Of a stretch of 64,000 nt of DNA, positions 20,776 to 30,937 are shown in pieces. Source of the stretch: Acidovorax sp. (GTDB lineage: Bacteria; Pseudomonadota; Gammaproteobacteria; Burkholderiales; Burkholderiaceae_C). The translations under genes and the position numbers were made by a program. How positions within the stretch are numbered: the first letter of the stretch is position 1; the number at the start of each line of letters is the position of its first letter. The stretch is taken from NCBI RefSeq assembly GCF_046294525.1, contig NZ_JBKBKQ010000001.1, positions 231,263 through 295,262 on the forward strand, read 5' to 3'. The notes beneath the pieces were generated by a model. It was not told the origin of the DNA. It saw nothing but the letters and a program-made list of their open reading frames with translations, and did no database searches.

Positions 20776-22015
20776 GTGGCCTCAAGTCTCACTTCGAGAG
20801 TTTGCAGATCTACTCGCTGGGTTCGCATTTAAAAGCAGCGGCTACACAGACGACTCCTCGGATGTTCGACTCCTTCGAGGAGACAACATCGCACCCGGCC
20901 AAGTCCGGTGGGATGGTGTAAAGCGGTGGCCCAAAGCTCCGGCTCTCACACTGTCGAGATATCGCTTGGAACCCGGCGATGTCGTGCTCGCTATGGATCG
21001 ACCGTGGATACCCGCTGGTTTGAAGGTTGCGCAGGTTACCGAAACCGACACGCCTAGCTACTTGGTACAGCGCGTTGCTCGCCTTCGTACAACTTCACGA
21101 GAGGATCGCAGCTTTCTATTTGCGCTCTTATCAACGACAGATTTTGAGTCGTACATCCAGAACGCGACTACTGGAACAGCCGTTCCTCACATCAGCGCCA
21201 AGCAAATACTCGACTACAAATTTAATCTTCCACCAGCGACTGTACGAACTGGAATCGGCGCTCTCGCAGCTGCACTTAACGACCGCATCACCCTCCTGCG
21301 CGAAACCAACGCCACGCTCGAAGCCATTGCCCAGGCGCTGTTCAAGTCGTGGTTTGTCGATTTCGACCCCGTGCGCGCCAAGATGGAAGGCCGTGCCCCC
21401 GAAGGCATGGACGAAGCCACCGCCGCGCTGTTTCCCGATGCGCTGGAGGAGTCGGAGTTGGGGGAGGTGCCGAGGGGGTGGCTACCCGTTCGACTGAACT
21501 CGTTTTTGGAGCTTGCTTACGGGAAGGCACTCAAAGCAGAAAACCGCAACCCCGGTCCAGTGCCTGTGTATGGGTCTGGCGGAATTACGGGGTGGCACGA
21601 CACGCCGCTGATTGATAGCCCGTCGATCATCGTCGGCCGTAAGGGCACAGTTGGAAGCCTCTACTGGGAGAGCCGCCCGTTCTACCCAATCGATACGGTC
21701 TTTTACGTGAAGTCCAAGTGTCCGTTGACGTATTGCCACCAGCTTTTGAAGACTGTGGGTTTGCATGACATGAATACCGATGCAGCGGTCCCTGGGTTGA
21801 ACAGAGAAAACGTCTATCGCTTGCTGGTTCCAGATGCCCCTGCAAACGTTCTCGCAGCGTTCGATGCGTCGGCCAACGCATTGAGAAACAGCATCGACCA
21901 AAACGAAGCCCAAGCCCAAACCCTCTCCACCCTCCGCGACACCCTGCTCCCCCACCTGATCTCGGGCCAGTTGCGCTTGCCCGAGTCGCAGGCCGCTATG
22001 AAGGACGCGTTATGA
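20765..22015 (+). CDS. hsdS: Type I R-M specificity subunit HsdS
   Basis: 416 aa with two target-recognition domains separated by conserved repeats; both TRD regions are visibly lower in GC; overlaps the hsdM stop. Confidence 0.85.
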   Translation: MSSEWPQVSLREFADLLAGFAFKSSGYTDDSSDVRLLRGDNIAPGQVRWDGVKRWPKAPALTLSRYRLEPGDVVLAMDRPWIPAGLKVAQVTETDTPSYLVQRVARLRTTSREDRSFLFALLSTTDFESYIQNATTGTAVPHISAKQILDYKFNLPPATVRTGIGALAAALNDRITLLRETNATLEAIAQALFKSWFVDFDPVRAKMEGRAPEGMDEATAALFPDALEESELGEVPRGWLPVRLNSFLELAYGKALKAENRNPGPVPVYGSGGITGWHDTPLIDSPSIIVGRKGTVGSLYWESRPFYPIDTVFYVKSKCPLTYCHQLLKTVGLHDMNTDAAVPGLNRENVYRLLVPDAPANVLAAFDASANALRNSIDQNEAQAQTLSTLRDTLLPHLISGQLRLPESQAAMKDAL

Positions 22016-22713
22016 CCGAACGCATCCACATCTATTGCGACGAGTCGTGCCATCTGGAAAACGACCACATGCGTGCGATGGTGCTGGGCGCCGTGTGGTG
22101 CTCGGCGTCGCATCGGCAGTCGCTGGCAGACAAGATCAAACGCTTGAAAGCAGACTACGGTTTGCCAGCTCAGTTTGAAATCAAGTGGGTGAAGGTGTCA
22201 CCCGGAAAATTGCCGTTCTACCAAGCGTTGCTGGACTTGTTTTTCGACGAACCCTTGCTGCATTTCCGAGGATTGGTGGTGCCAGATAAGGGGGCCTTGG
22301 ATCATGGCCGTTTTTCCCAAAGCCATGACGATTTCTATTACAAGCAGTGGTACACGCTACTCAATCGACTGATCGACCCGAGCAACCGATACCGCATTTT
22401 TCTGGACATCAAGGACACACGCGGCCAAGCCAAGGTGCGCAAGCTGCACGATGTGCTGTGCAACGCCAACTATGACTTCGACCGCAATGTGATCGAGTCG
22501 ATCGAACTGGTGCATTCGCACGATGTGCTGCTACTCCAACTGGCAGACCTGCTGATTGGTGCGCTGGCGTATGTGCACCGGGGTTTGCACGGCAGCCCGG
22601 CCAAGCTGGCGCTGGTGGCGCATCTACGGCACCGCTCGGGCTTGCGGCTGGAACAAAGCTCACTGCTGCGGGCAGACAAGTTCAATCTGTTCATCTGGAG
22701 GCCGCAGTCTTGA
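22012..22713 (+). CDS. DUF3800-like protein embedded in Type I R-M locus
   Basis: 233-aa ORF beginning [15 protein letters not shown]... (the IYxDES motif is typical of DUF3800); GC is lower than its surroundings; ATGA start/stop overlap with hsdS. Confidence 0.55.
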   Translation: MTERIHIYCDESCHLENDHMRAMVLGAVWCSASHRQSLADKIKRLKADYGLPAQFEIKWVKVSPGKLPFYQALLDLFFDEPLLHFRGLVVPDKGALDHGRFSQSHDDFYYKQWYTLLNRLIDPSNRYRIFLDIKDTRGQAKVRKLHDVLCNANYDFDRNVIESIELVHSHDVLLLQLADLLIGALAYVHRGLHGSPAKLALVAHLRHRSGLRLEQSSLLRADKFNLFIWRPQS

Positions 22714-22715
22714 GC

Positions 22716-23216
22716 ATGCCGCCACCTTTGATGCCATTCAGTGGGGATGACGACTGGGCCGACTATGAAGATGCCATTTACGAGGTGTACTTGCAGACGG
22801 TTGCACATGCTCAGCTCACGTTCATGGGTGCCCCGGTCAAAGTGCGCTTTATGCCGACCACCAAACACAAAGGCTACGGGTTTTGGCACTTGATCTCTGA
22901 AGCACCCGACCAGGACAACCGGAATGAAGATGACCGCGTACCTGACCTGCGCCGATGCGAGCGGGTGCGCTGGGTGGCATGGTGCATTCAGAATGCAGGC
23001 AAGACGGGGTTTTCGTGGTGGGAAAACGACCGCAAAGGTCAAACCCATGTGGTCATATGGGCCGAGGAGCACGACTATGCGGTGATGCTGGGCAAGCGAA
23101 ACACGCCAGAAGGAGTTCGCTTTTATTTGCTCAAGACCGCCTACTGCCTGCGGTCACACAACGTACGCCGCTTTGCCAAGGAACGCGATGCGTATTGGGC
23201 AAGCCAGAAAGACTGA
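22716..23216 (+). CDS. hypothetical protein (166 aa) co-transcribed with DUF3800-like gene
   Basis: Its ATG lies 3 nt after the DUF3800 stop; moderately low GC; no recognisable motif. Confidence 0.4.
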   Translation: MPPPLMPFSGDDDWADYEDAIYEVYLQTVAHAQLTFMGAPVKVRFMPTTKHKGYGFWHLISEAPDQDNRNEDDRVPDLRRCERVRWVAWCIQNAGKTGFSWWENDRKGQTHVVIWAEEHDYAVMLGKRNTPEGVRFYLLKTAYCLRSHNVRRFAKERDAYWASQKD

Positions 23217-23391
23217 AGCCCCGGCACACGGATGTGCAAGGGCTTCGGATACTCCTTCTACACGTGGTAGATGAGCTGGGCTGATTGTAGCGGTGCAAGC
23301 AAATCAAGGCATTCCGAATGTTGTATTACCCACAAAAAGCGAAAAGCATACTGGCGGCGCGGGGCCGCTGCTGGGGAGTTGCCTGTGGGGC

Positions 23392-23453
23392 TCCGAACAT
23401 TCGCAGCTGAGGTCCGAACATTTACAGCTCAGCTCCGAACATTCGCAGATACC
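23392..23453. repeat. 3 tandem ~21-bp direct repeats (TCCGAACATTCGCAGCTGAGG-like)
   Basis: Read directly in the AT-richer intergenic region upstream of fic. Confidence 0.6.
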
Positions 23454-23620
23454 AAAAGCCGCGCGATGCCGAGAATCTCCGGCCACTTGCGCTTGTCCGA
23501 GGCGCAGGCGCTAATCAACGCGGTTTGAAACTGAACAGCTATGAAAGTGGTCTTTCACAGCGGCCCGACCTTTAAAGAGTTCTTTCACAGCTTGCCGGAC
23601 GACAAGCTGGGCGTCGCTGA

Positions 23621-23651
23621 CATGTATAGAAATCCGCGTTTTCTATACATG
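23621..23651. promoter_or_regulatory. perfect 12-bp inverted repeat CATGTATAGAAA-N7-TTTCTATACATG (candidate operator upstream of fic)
   Basis: Read directly; a second AAATCCG(C/T)GTTTT motif repeats ~25 bp downstream. Confidence 0.4.
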
Positions 23652-23764
23652 TCGCAGTCCACATGCTTAAAAATCCGTGTTTTTTGTACAGATGCTGGCT
23701 AACATGGTGAAGCCATTGCGTTTTTTCGCCATGTTTCCCCCTCCCCCACTCTGGATGCACCGGC

Positions 23765-24841
23765 ATGCCTTTTGACCGCAGCCAACCCCACAACGACCTG
23801 CCCCTGCTGCCGCCCGCAGTAGAGCTGGAGAGCAAGGCTGTGCTCAAGCAGGCGATTGCGGCCAACCGGGTGCTGGCCAACCTGCGCGGGCTGGCGGCGC
23901 AGATTCCGAACCAGGGCGTGCTGATCAACAGCATCGTGCTGCAGGAAGCGCGCTTGTCGTCGGAAATTGAAAACATCGTCACCACCAACGACGAGCTGTA
24001 TCGCGCCGACGCGGACGCTGACGGCAAGGCCGATGCCCATACCAAGGAGGTGTTGCGCTACCGCGAGGCGCTCTACCACGGCTTTGCCGCGCTGAAAGAC
24101 CGCCCTTTGAGCACCAATCTGTTCATAGAGATAGCCCAGCGCATCAAGCAGATGGATTTGCAGGTGCGCGCCGTGCCCGGCACGGCTTTGAAGAATGAGC
24201 GGGGCGAGGTGGTGTACACGCCGCCTGTGGGCGATGCGGTGATTCGCGACAAGCTGTCCAACCTTGAAAAGTTCATCCACGCCGATGACGACCTCGACCC
24301 GCTGGTAAAGATGGCGGTCATGCACTACCAGTTCGAGGCGATTCACCCGTTCCCGGATGGCAACGGCCGCACGGGGCGCATCCTGAACCTGCTGTTTCTG
24401 GTGGAAAAGGGCTTGCTGGACATTCCGGTGATGTTCCTGTCGCGCTACATCATTGCCCACCGTGCGGCCTACTACGAGGGTTTGCGCCGGGTGACGGAAG
24501 AGCAGGACTGGGAGAACTGGCTGCTTTACATGCTGCGTGCGGTGGAAAGCACGGCTCAGCAGACGTTTGATCAGGTCAACCGCATCCGTGACTTGATGGA
24601 GCAGGTGCGCGAGCGTGTGCAGCGCGAAGCGCCTGGCGTGTACAGCAAAGACCTGATCGAGGTGATCTTCAAGCAGCCCTATACAAAAATCCAGTTCGTG
24701 GTGGACGCTGGCATTGCCAAACGGCAAACCGCGTCCGGTTACCTGCAAACCCTGGCGGGCCTGGGCGTGCTGCGCGAAAGCAAGCACGGGCGCGAGAAGT
24801 ACTACATCAACGACGCCTTGTTGGCAGAGCTGGTGGGTTGA
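23765..24841 (+). CDS. fic: Fic/Doc-family protein (AMPylation-type Fic)
   Basis: Canonical Fic motif HPFPDGNGRTGR, sitting between hsdS and hsdR, which is a well-known association. Confidence 0.85.
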   Translation: MPFDRSQPHNDLPLLPPAVELESKAVLKQAIAANRVLANLRGLAAQIPNQGVLINSIVLQEARLSSEIENIVTTNDELYRADADADGKADAHTKEVLRYREALYHGFAALKDRPLSTNLFIEIAQRIKQMDLQVRAVPGTALKNERGEVVYTPPVGDAVIRDKLSNLEKFIHADDDLDPLVKMAVMHYQFEAIHPFPDGNGRTGRILNLLFLVEKGLLDIPVMFLSRYIIAHRAAYYEGLRRVTEEQDWENWLLYMLRAVESTAQQTFDQVNRIRDLMEQVRERVQREAPGVYSKDLIEVIFKQPYTKIQFVVDAGIAKRQTASGYLQTLAGLGVLRESKHGREKYYINDALLAELVG

Positions 24842-24921
24842 CCATATGGTGATGGCATCGACAGATCACGATAACTTGTCGATTTTCTTTGTTTTTTTAA
24901 ACATATTCTCCCCATCTGTCG

Positions 24922-27900
24922 ATGGCATCGACACATCCGCCACCTCTCAGCCCCGGACCTGACCGCATGACCGAAGACCAGCTCGAACGCGAAACCCTGG
25001 CCTGGCTGCAGGACGTGGGCTACACCCACATCGCCGGTCCCGACATCGCCCCCGACGGCCCCGCGCCCGAGCGCAGCGACTACCGCCAGGTGCTGCTGGC
25101 AGGCCGCCTGAAGGCAGCGCTGATGCGGCTGAACCCTGCCGTGCCCGTGGTGGCCATCGACGACGCGCTGGCGCAGGTGCAAGACCTGGGCGTGCCCGCG
25201 CTGCTGGCGGCCAACCGACGGTTTCACCGGCTGCTGGTGGCGGGCGTGCCGGTGCAGTACCAGCGCGGCAACGAGACAGTGGGCGACTTCGTGCGCCTGG
25301 TGGACTGGGCTGCGCCCGAGCGCAATGAGTGGCTGGCGGTGAACCAGTTCAGCGTGCGCGGGCCGCGCCACACGCGCCGGCCCGACGTGGTGCTGTTTGT
25401 GAACGGCCTGCCGCTGGTGCTGCTGGAGTTAAAAAACCCCGCCGACCAGGCCGCCAGTGTGTGGAAGGCGTACGACCAGATCCAGACGTACAAAGAGCAG
25501 ATCCCGGACCTGTTTAACACCAACGAGGTGCTGGTGATTTCAGACGGCACCGAGGCACTGCTGGGGTCGCTGAGCGCAAGCGCCGAGCGCTTCATGGCGT
25601 GGCGCACGATTGACGGCGTGGCGCTGGACCCGCTGGGCCAGTTCAACGAGCTGCAGACACTGGTGCGCGGCGTGCTGGCGCCGCAATACCTGCTGGACTA
25701 CCTGCGCTACTTTGTGCTGTTTGAGGACGATGGGCAGCTGGTCAAAAAGATCGCGGGCTACCACCAGTTTCATGCGGTACGCGCCGCCATTGCGCAGGTG
25801 GTGGCTGCTGCCACGCCGGGCAGCGGCGCAGACCCGGCCATCAAGGGCAAGGGCGGCGTGGTGTGGCACACGCAGGGCAGCGGCAAGAGCATCACCATGA
25901 CCTGCTTTGCCGCCCGCGTGATGCAGGAGCCCGCGCTGCAGAACCCCACCATCGTGGTCATCACCGACCGCAACGACCTGGACGGCCAGCTGCTGGGCGT
26001 GTTTGGCCTGGCGCAAGACCTGCTGCGCGAGCAGCCCGTGCAGGCCCGCACCCGGCAAGAGCTGCGCACGCTGCTGGCCAACCGCCCCTCGGGCGGCATT
26101 GTGTTTGCCACCATCCAGAAGTTCATGCCCAGCGAGGACGAAGACAGCTACCCCATGCTGTCGGACCGCCACAACATCGTGGTGATTGCCGACGAGGCGC
26201 ACCGCACGCAGTACGGGTTTGAGGCGCGACTGAAGGTGCGCAAGGCTGATGTGAAGGCCGATGGGAAGGAAGATTTCAAGCCAAATCAGGCTATAGCGCT
26301 TGATACACAAGCGTCACCAGCTACAAATAATGTAGCAAACCCCATCGCCACAGGCAGCGGCACCGCCCCCGCACACCGCGCCGAATTTGCGCCGCCCACC
26401 TACCGGGCAGGCACCGAAGCGAACACAGTGGAACACGCCCGCGAGCATTACCAGGTGGGCTACGCCCAGCACCTGCGCGATGCTCTGCCCAACGCCACCT
26501 TTGTGGCGTTTACCGGCACCCCGGTGAGCGGCACCGACCGCGACACGCGCGCCGTGTTTGGCGACTACATCCACGTGTATGACATGCAGCAGGCCAAGGA
26601 AGACGGCGCCACCGTGGCCATCTACTACGAAAGCCGCATGGTGAAGCTGGGCCTGAAGGCCGACGAGCTGCCCAGCATTGACGCCGAGGTGGACGAGCTG
26701 GCCGAGGACGAAGAAGAAAGCGTGCAGTCGCGCCTGAAAAGCCGCTGGGCGGCGCTGGAGCAGGTGGTGGGCGCCGAGCCCCGCGTGGCGCGCGTGGCGC
26801 AGGACCTGGTGGCGCATTTTGAAGAGCGCAACACCGCCCAGCTCGGCAAGGCCATGGTGGTGGCCATGAGCCGCGACATCTGCGCGCACCTGTACAACGA
26901 GATCGTGCGCCTGCGCCCCGACTGGCACAACGCCGACCCCGAGCTGGGCGCCATCAAGATCGTGATGACCGGCAGCGCCAGCGACAAAGCGCTGCTGCGC
27001 CCGCACATCTACAGCGCGCAGGTGAAAAAGCGGCTGGAAAAGCGCTTCAAAGACCCGGCCGACCCGCTGCGCATCGTGATCGTGCGCGACATGTGGCTGA
27101 CCGGCTTTGACGCGCCCTGCGTACACACCCTGTATGTAGACAAGCCCATGAAGGGCCATAACCTGATGCAGGCCATTGCCCGCGTGAACCGCGTGTTCAA
27201 GGACAAGCAGGGTGGCCTGGTGGTGGACTACATCGGCATTGGCAACGAGCTGAAAGCCGCCATGAAGGAATACACCGCCGCCCAAGGCCGGGGCCGCCCC
27301 ACGGTGGACGCGCACGAGGCCTTCAGCGTGGTGCTGGAAAAGCTGGATGTGCTGCGCGCCCTGCTGCACGGGTTTGACTACAGCGGCTTTCTGACGGGCG
27401 GCCACCGCGTGCTGGCGGGTGCTGCCAACCACGTGCTGGGCCTGCCGCGCCAGGCCGGGCAAGACGGCAAAAAACGGTTTGCCGACACTGCCCTGGCGAT
27501 GAGCCAGGCCTTTACCCTGAGCTGCACACTGGACGAGGCGAAGGGCGTGCGCGAGGAAGTGGCCTTCATGCAAGGCGTCAAGGTCATCCTGACCAAGCGC
27601 GACATCACCGCCAAGCAACGCACCGACGAGCAGCGCGAGCTGGCAGTGCGCCAGATCATCAGCCATGCAGTGGTGTCTGAAAGTGTGGTGGACATCTTTG
27701 ACGCCGTGGGGTTGGAGAAGCCCAACATCGGCCTGCTGGACGAAGGCTTTCTGGCCCAGGTGCGGGCGCTGCCCGAACGCAACCTGGCGGTGGAGTTGCT
27801 GGAGCGACTGCTGGAGGGCGAGATCAAGAGCCGCTTTGCCAGCAACGTGGTGCAAAGCAAAAAGTTCTCGGAGCTGCTGGGCGGCGTGATCGTGCGCTAC

Positions 27901-28296
27901 CAGAACCGCAGCATTGAAACCGCCCAGGTGATGGAAGAACTGCTGGACATGGCCCGCCAATTCCGCGAGGCACATGGTCTGGCCGACAAGCTGGGGCTGA
28001 GCGAAGACGAGGTGCGCTTTTACACCGCGCTGGCCGAGAACGAATCTGCCGTACGCACGCTGAGCGACGACACGCTGAAAAAAATCGCCCACGAACTGAC
28101 CGACAACCTGCGCAAAAACCTGACGGTGGACTGGACCGAGCGCGAGAGCGTGCAAGCCAAGCTGCGCCTGATGGTCAAACGCATCTTGCGCAAGTACAAA
28201 TACCCGCCGGACCTGGAAGCTGCAGCGGTGGAGCTTGTGCTGCAACAAGCGCAGGCATTGGGTGAAGAGTGGAGCGAGCTGGCTGCAGCGGTCTGA
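24922..28296 (+). CDS. hsdR: Type I R-M endonuclease/helicase subunit HsdR
   Basis: SF2 helicase motifs (GSGKS, DEAHRTQ, FTGTP); the start may be the second Met at 24967; it contains an unusually long low-GC insertion between DEAH and the FTGTP motif. Confidence 0.9.
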   Translation: MASTHPPPLSPGPDRMTEDQLERETLAWLQDVGYTHIAGPDIAPDGPAPERSDYRQVLLAGRLKAALMRLNPAVPVVAIDDALAQVQDLGVPALLAANRRFHRLLVAGVPVQYQRGNETVGDFVRLVDWAAPERNEWLAVNQFSVRGPRHTRRPDVVLFVNGLPLVLLELKNPADQAASVWKAYDQIQTYKEQIPDLFNTNEVLVISDGTEALLGSLSASAERFMAWRTIDGVALDPLGQFNELQTLVRGVLAPQYLLDYLRYFVLFEDDGQLVKKIAGYHQFHAVRAAIAQVVAAATPGSGADPAIKGKGGVVWHTQGSGKSITMTCFAARVMQEPALQNPTIVVITDRNDLDGQLLGVFGLAQDLLREQPVQARTRQELRTLLANRPSGGIVFATIQKFMPSEDEDSYPMLSDRHNIVVIADEAHRTQYGFEARLKVRKADVKADGKEDFKPNQAIALDTQASPATNNVANPIATGSGTAPAHRAEFAPPTYRAGTEANTVEHAREHYQVGYAQHLRDALPNATFVAFTGTPVSGTDRDTRAVFGDYIHVYDMQQAKEDGATVAIYYESRMVKLGLKADELPSIDAEVDELAEDEEESVQSRLKSRWAALEQVVGAEPRVARVAQDLVAHFEERNTAQLGKAMVVAMSRDICAHLYNEIVRLRPDWHNADPELGAIKIVMTGSASDKALLRPHIYSAQVKKRLEKRFKDPADPLRIVIVRDMWLTGFDAPCVHTLYVDKPMKGHNLMQAIARVNRVFKDKQGGLVVDYIGIGNELKAAMKEYTAAQGRGRPTVDAHEAFSVVLEKLDVLRALLHGFDYSGFLTGGHRVLAGAANHVLGLPRQAGQDGKKRFADTALAMSQAFTLSCTLDEAKGVREEVAFMQGVKVILTKRDITAKQRTDEQRELAVRQIISHAVVSESVVDIFDAVGLEKPNIGLLDEGFLAQVRALPERNLAVELLERLLEGEIKSRFASNVVQSKKFSELLGGVIVRYQNRSIETAQVMEELLDMARQFREAHGLADKLGLSEDEVRFYTALAENESAVRTLSDDTLKKIAHELTDNLRKNLTVDWTERESVQAKLRLMVKRILRKYKYPPDLEAAAVELVLQQAQALGEEWSELAAAV
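26281..26340 (+). repeat. degenerate in-frame copy C of the ~55-60 bp palindromic repeat inside hsdR
   Basis: CAAATCAGGCTATAGCGCTTGATACACAAGCGTCACCAGCTACAAATAATGTAGC aligns with copy B; there is a local GC dip. Confidence 0.45.
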
Positions 28297-28378
28297 ACAA
28301 ACCGACACAAAAAACACCCTCTGTCGTTTGCCACACACCACGCTTGCAATTGGTGACAAACGAACACATTGACATGAT

Positions 28379-28882
28379 ATGTCGATGCACCTATTCTCCC
28401 GATCCATGCAGGCACACGGACTTTCTCCCGGCCGCCTGCCCCACCCGCACGACGAAGGAGACGCCGTGGCCACTTTGCTGGAACAACTCAACAACCTGGA
28501 CGTGCTGACTTCGGCACTCATGGGCGGTGTGGCGGTGCAGTTGCAGCCGATTGCGGGCGATGTGCCCGTGGTGCAGGTCAGCATTGAGGGGCGCGATGAG
28601 CTGCCCATCTTCGTGACCTGCTCGGACATGCAGATGATCTGCCTGTGCTACCTGTGGACCGATGCCGATGTGCGGCCCGAGCGCCGGGCCGAACTGATGG
28701 AGGCGCTGCTGGACCTGAACCCTTCCGTGCCCCTGTCGGCCTTTGGCCGCGTGGATGGCCGCTTTGTGCTGGTGGGCGCCCTGGCCCGCGCAGCGCGTGC
28801 TGAAGACGTGGCGCACGAGGTGGCCGTGCTCAGCGACAACGCGCTGGATGCGCTGGATGCGCTGGCGGAATTCCTGCATTGA
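28379..28882 (+). CDS. YjfI-like (DUF2170) or YbjN-type chaperone-like protein
   Basis: 167 aa, acidic, lying immediately upstream of a PspA-family gene as in the enterobacterial yjfI-yjfJ arrangement; the family assignment is from memory. Confidence 0.45.
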   Translation: MSMHLFSRSMQAHGLSPGRLPHPHDEGDAVATLLEQLNNLDVLTSALMGGVAVQLQPIAGDVPVVQVSIEGRDELPIFVTCSDMQMICLCYLWTDADVRPERRAELMEALLDLNPSVPLSAFGRVDGRFVLVGALARAARAEDVAHEVAVLSDNALDALDALAEFLH

Positions 28883-28961
28883 ACAGGCGCCCCGTCATCC
28901 CCGCTTCTTCCTCTTCACACCGTTTCGGTCCCGCAATTTTCGACATTGACAGGAGAACACC

Positions 28962-29723
28962 ATGTCGGTCATCAAGAAACTCGTCACCCTGCTGCGCGGC
29001 AGCGCCCGCGAACTGGGCCAGAGCGTGGTCGATGGCAACGCCACGCGCATTTATGAACAAGAGATCATCGACGCCAAGGCCAGCATCGCCGAAGCGAAGA
29101 CCGAACTCACCGGTGTGATGGCCAAACAGATGCAGACGGCGCGCGACATCGAGCGCATCAAGGGCGACATGCTGCGCCACGAAGACATGGCCGTGCAGGC
29201 GCTGGACAAGGCTAACGAAGGCCTGGCGCTGGAAGTGGCCGAGCGCGTGGCCGGCCTGGAGGCCGAGCTGAACGAGCAGACGCAGGCCCACGCCAGCTAT
29301 GCGATGCAGGTGTCGCGCCTGAAGGACCTGATCCGCAGCGCGGAAGGCCGTGTGCGAGAGCACGAGCGCGAGATCGGCATTGCCAAGACCACCGAGAGCG
29401 TGTACCGCGCCACGCAGAGCATCTCTGAAAGCATCGGCGCCACGGGTTCGCAGCTGACCAGCGCGCGCGATTCGCTGGAGCGCATCAAGAAGCGCCACGA
29501 AGACCTGGCCGACCGCATGGCCGCCGCCGAGCAGCTGGACCAGGAGTTCGGCCACCGCGCGCTGGAGCGCAAGCTGGCAGACGCGGGCATTGGCGACAGC
29601 GACAAGGTGCGTGCCGCCAAGGTGATGGAGCGCCTGCGCGCCCGCCAGGCCGGGGCTGCCGCTGCAACCACCGCCGCCGCCCCCCACGCGCTGCCCTCCC
29701 CCACGCCCACACAGGCCCCATGA
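28962..29723 (+). CDS. PspA/IM30 (ESCRT-III-like) family protein, YjfJ-like
   Basis: 253 aa, all coiled-coil, with a PspA-like N-terminus (MSVIKKLVTLLRGSARELGQSVVD) and an Ala/Pro-rich tail. Confidence 0.8.
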   Translation: MSVIKKLVTLLRGSARELGQSVVDGNATRIYEQEIIDAKASIAEAKTELTGVMAKQMQTARDIERIKGDMLRHEDMAVQALDKANEGLALEVAERVAGLEAELNEQTQAHASYAMQVSRLKDLIRSAEGRVREHEREIGIAKTTESVYRATQSISESIGATGSQLTSARDSLERIKKRHEDLADRMAAAEQLDQEFGHRALERKLADAGIGDSDKVRAAKVMERLRARQAGAAAATTAAAPHALPSPTPTQAP

Positions 29724-30097
29724 GCCCCGCACCGCGCAAGCCCGCGCGGTGGCAGGGCTCCGAGCCCGCTCTGCGCGCCGTCCAGGTGGCGTTTGACGTG
29801 GAAGAAGCCGTGATGGAGGCCATCCGCGTGGCGGCTTTCCATGCCAACGTGTCCACCTCCACGCAGATCCGCAGCGTACTGGACTTGCCCGTGGCGGCCC
29901 GGCCCAAGCGGCCGCGCCTGACGGTGACGCTGGACGCAGCCGACTACGAGTTGCTGGCGCAGCGCTACGGCCTCACACCGGAAGACCGCCTGGGCATCAA
30001 GGAGGCGGCCACGCGCGAGCTGATTGCTTTTGTGCAGCAGCCACCGCGCGCGGCCCGGGCGGGCACCGGCGGCGGCAAGAAGAAAAACAGTCGATAA
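29720..30097 (+). CDS. hypothetical protein with two ribbon-helix-helix-like repeats
   Basis: 125 aa; a beta-alpha-alpha pattern is repeated twice (LRAVQVAFDVEEAVMEAIRV..., RLTVTLDAADYELLAQRYGL...); ATGA overlap with the PspA-like gene. Confidence 0.35.
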   Translation: MSPAPRKPARWQGSEPALRAVQVAFDVEEAVMEAIRVAAFHANVSTSTQIRSVLDLPVAARPKRPRLTVTLDAADYELLAQRYGLTPEDRLGIKEAATRELIAFVQQPPRAARAGTGGGKKKNSR

Positions 30098-30197
30098 AAA
30101 ATTAAGAGAACCGCTTCACAAACAAGACATAAAAAGCGGTTCCCGGTGTCTTCGGTTCACAAACCAACACACAACACAACGAGGGGGGATTTGATTC

Positions 30198-30842
30198 ATG
30201 TTTGCCAGTCTTCTTGGGGCGGTCTCCGCGTTCCCGACCGCCATCTACACCGTGCTGTTGGGCGTGGTGCTGGTGTATTGGCTGATGGCCATGCTGGGCA
30301 TGGTGGACTTCGAGTCCAGCGGCATCGACGTGGCGATTGACGCCCACGCCGACGCCAGCGTGGACGACCTGGGCACCATTGCCAGCTATGTGGTGGCCTT
30401 CGGCCTGCACGGGGTGCCGTTCTCCATTGTGGTGAGCCTGCTGGTGCTGGTGGGATGGACGCTGTCCTTCCTGGCCGGCGTCACGCTGCTGGCCTGGGTG
30501 CCCACCGACATCCTGCGCTGGGCAGCTGGCGCCGTGGTGCTGGTGGTGACTGCGGCGCTGTCGGTGGTGATCACGGCGCGCATCGTGCGGCCGCTGCGCG
30601 GGCTGTTTGTGCACCACACGGCGCAAAGCAATGCCTCGCTGGTGGGCCAGACCTGCAAGGTGCTGACCGGCGTGGTGGACGAGCGCCAGGGCCGTGCCGA
30701 AGTGGCCCAGCGCGGCGCCAGCATCAACATCCGCGTGTGGTCGCCCAGCCCCAACACCTTGAAGCGCGGCGACGCCGCGCTGATCACCGAATACGACCCG
30801 GGCAGCCACCGCTACCTGGTTGTGCCGCTGCCACCCGCGTGA
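30198..30842 (+). CDS. YqiJ/NfeD-like inner membrane protein (DUF1449-like), flotillin partner
   Basis: 214 aa with N-terminal TM helices and a C-terminal OB-like soluble domain, directly upstream of the flotillin gene as in yqiJ-yqiK. Confidence 0.6.
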   Translation: MFASLLGAVSAFPTAIYTVLLGVVLVYWLMAMLGMVDFESSGIDVAIDAHADASVDDLGTIASYVVAFGLHGVPFSIVVSLLVLVGWTLSFLAGVTLLAWVPTDILRWAAGAVVLVVTAALSVVITARIVRPLRGLFVHHTAQSNASLVGQTCKVLTGVVDERQGRAEVAQRGASINIRVWSPSPNTLKRGDAALITEYDPGSHRYLVVPLPPA

Positions 30843-30937
30843 TGTGGCGCCCCACGGGGCGTCCGCCGGGCCAGGCTCCGTCGTTTTTCCAAGTTTCCTT
30901 TTCTCTCTCCACCCTTTCACCAGAAAGCGTACTTCTC

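Noticed and set aside
23271-23528. 85-aa ORF spanning the tandem 21-bp repeats (translation contains RTFAAEVRTFTAQLRTFAD)
   Set aside because: The repetitive peptide is a by-product of the DNA tandem repeat in an AT-rich regulatory region; there is no ribosome-binding context
25540-28629. 256-aa and 771-aa - strand ORFs antisense to hsdR
   Set aside because: Shadow ORFs; hsdR carries DEAH/helicase motifs on the + strand
28900-28960. Possible CRISPR or other array signals searched for around the island
   Set aside because: No regularly spaced direct repeats with unique spacers anywhere in the window; the only repeats are REP hairpins, the 55-60 bp palindromic family and short tandem repeats upstream of fic
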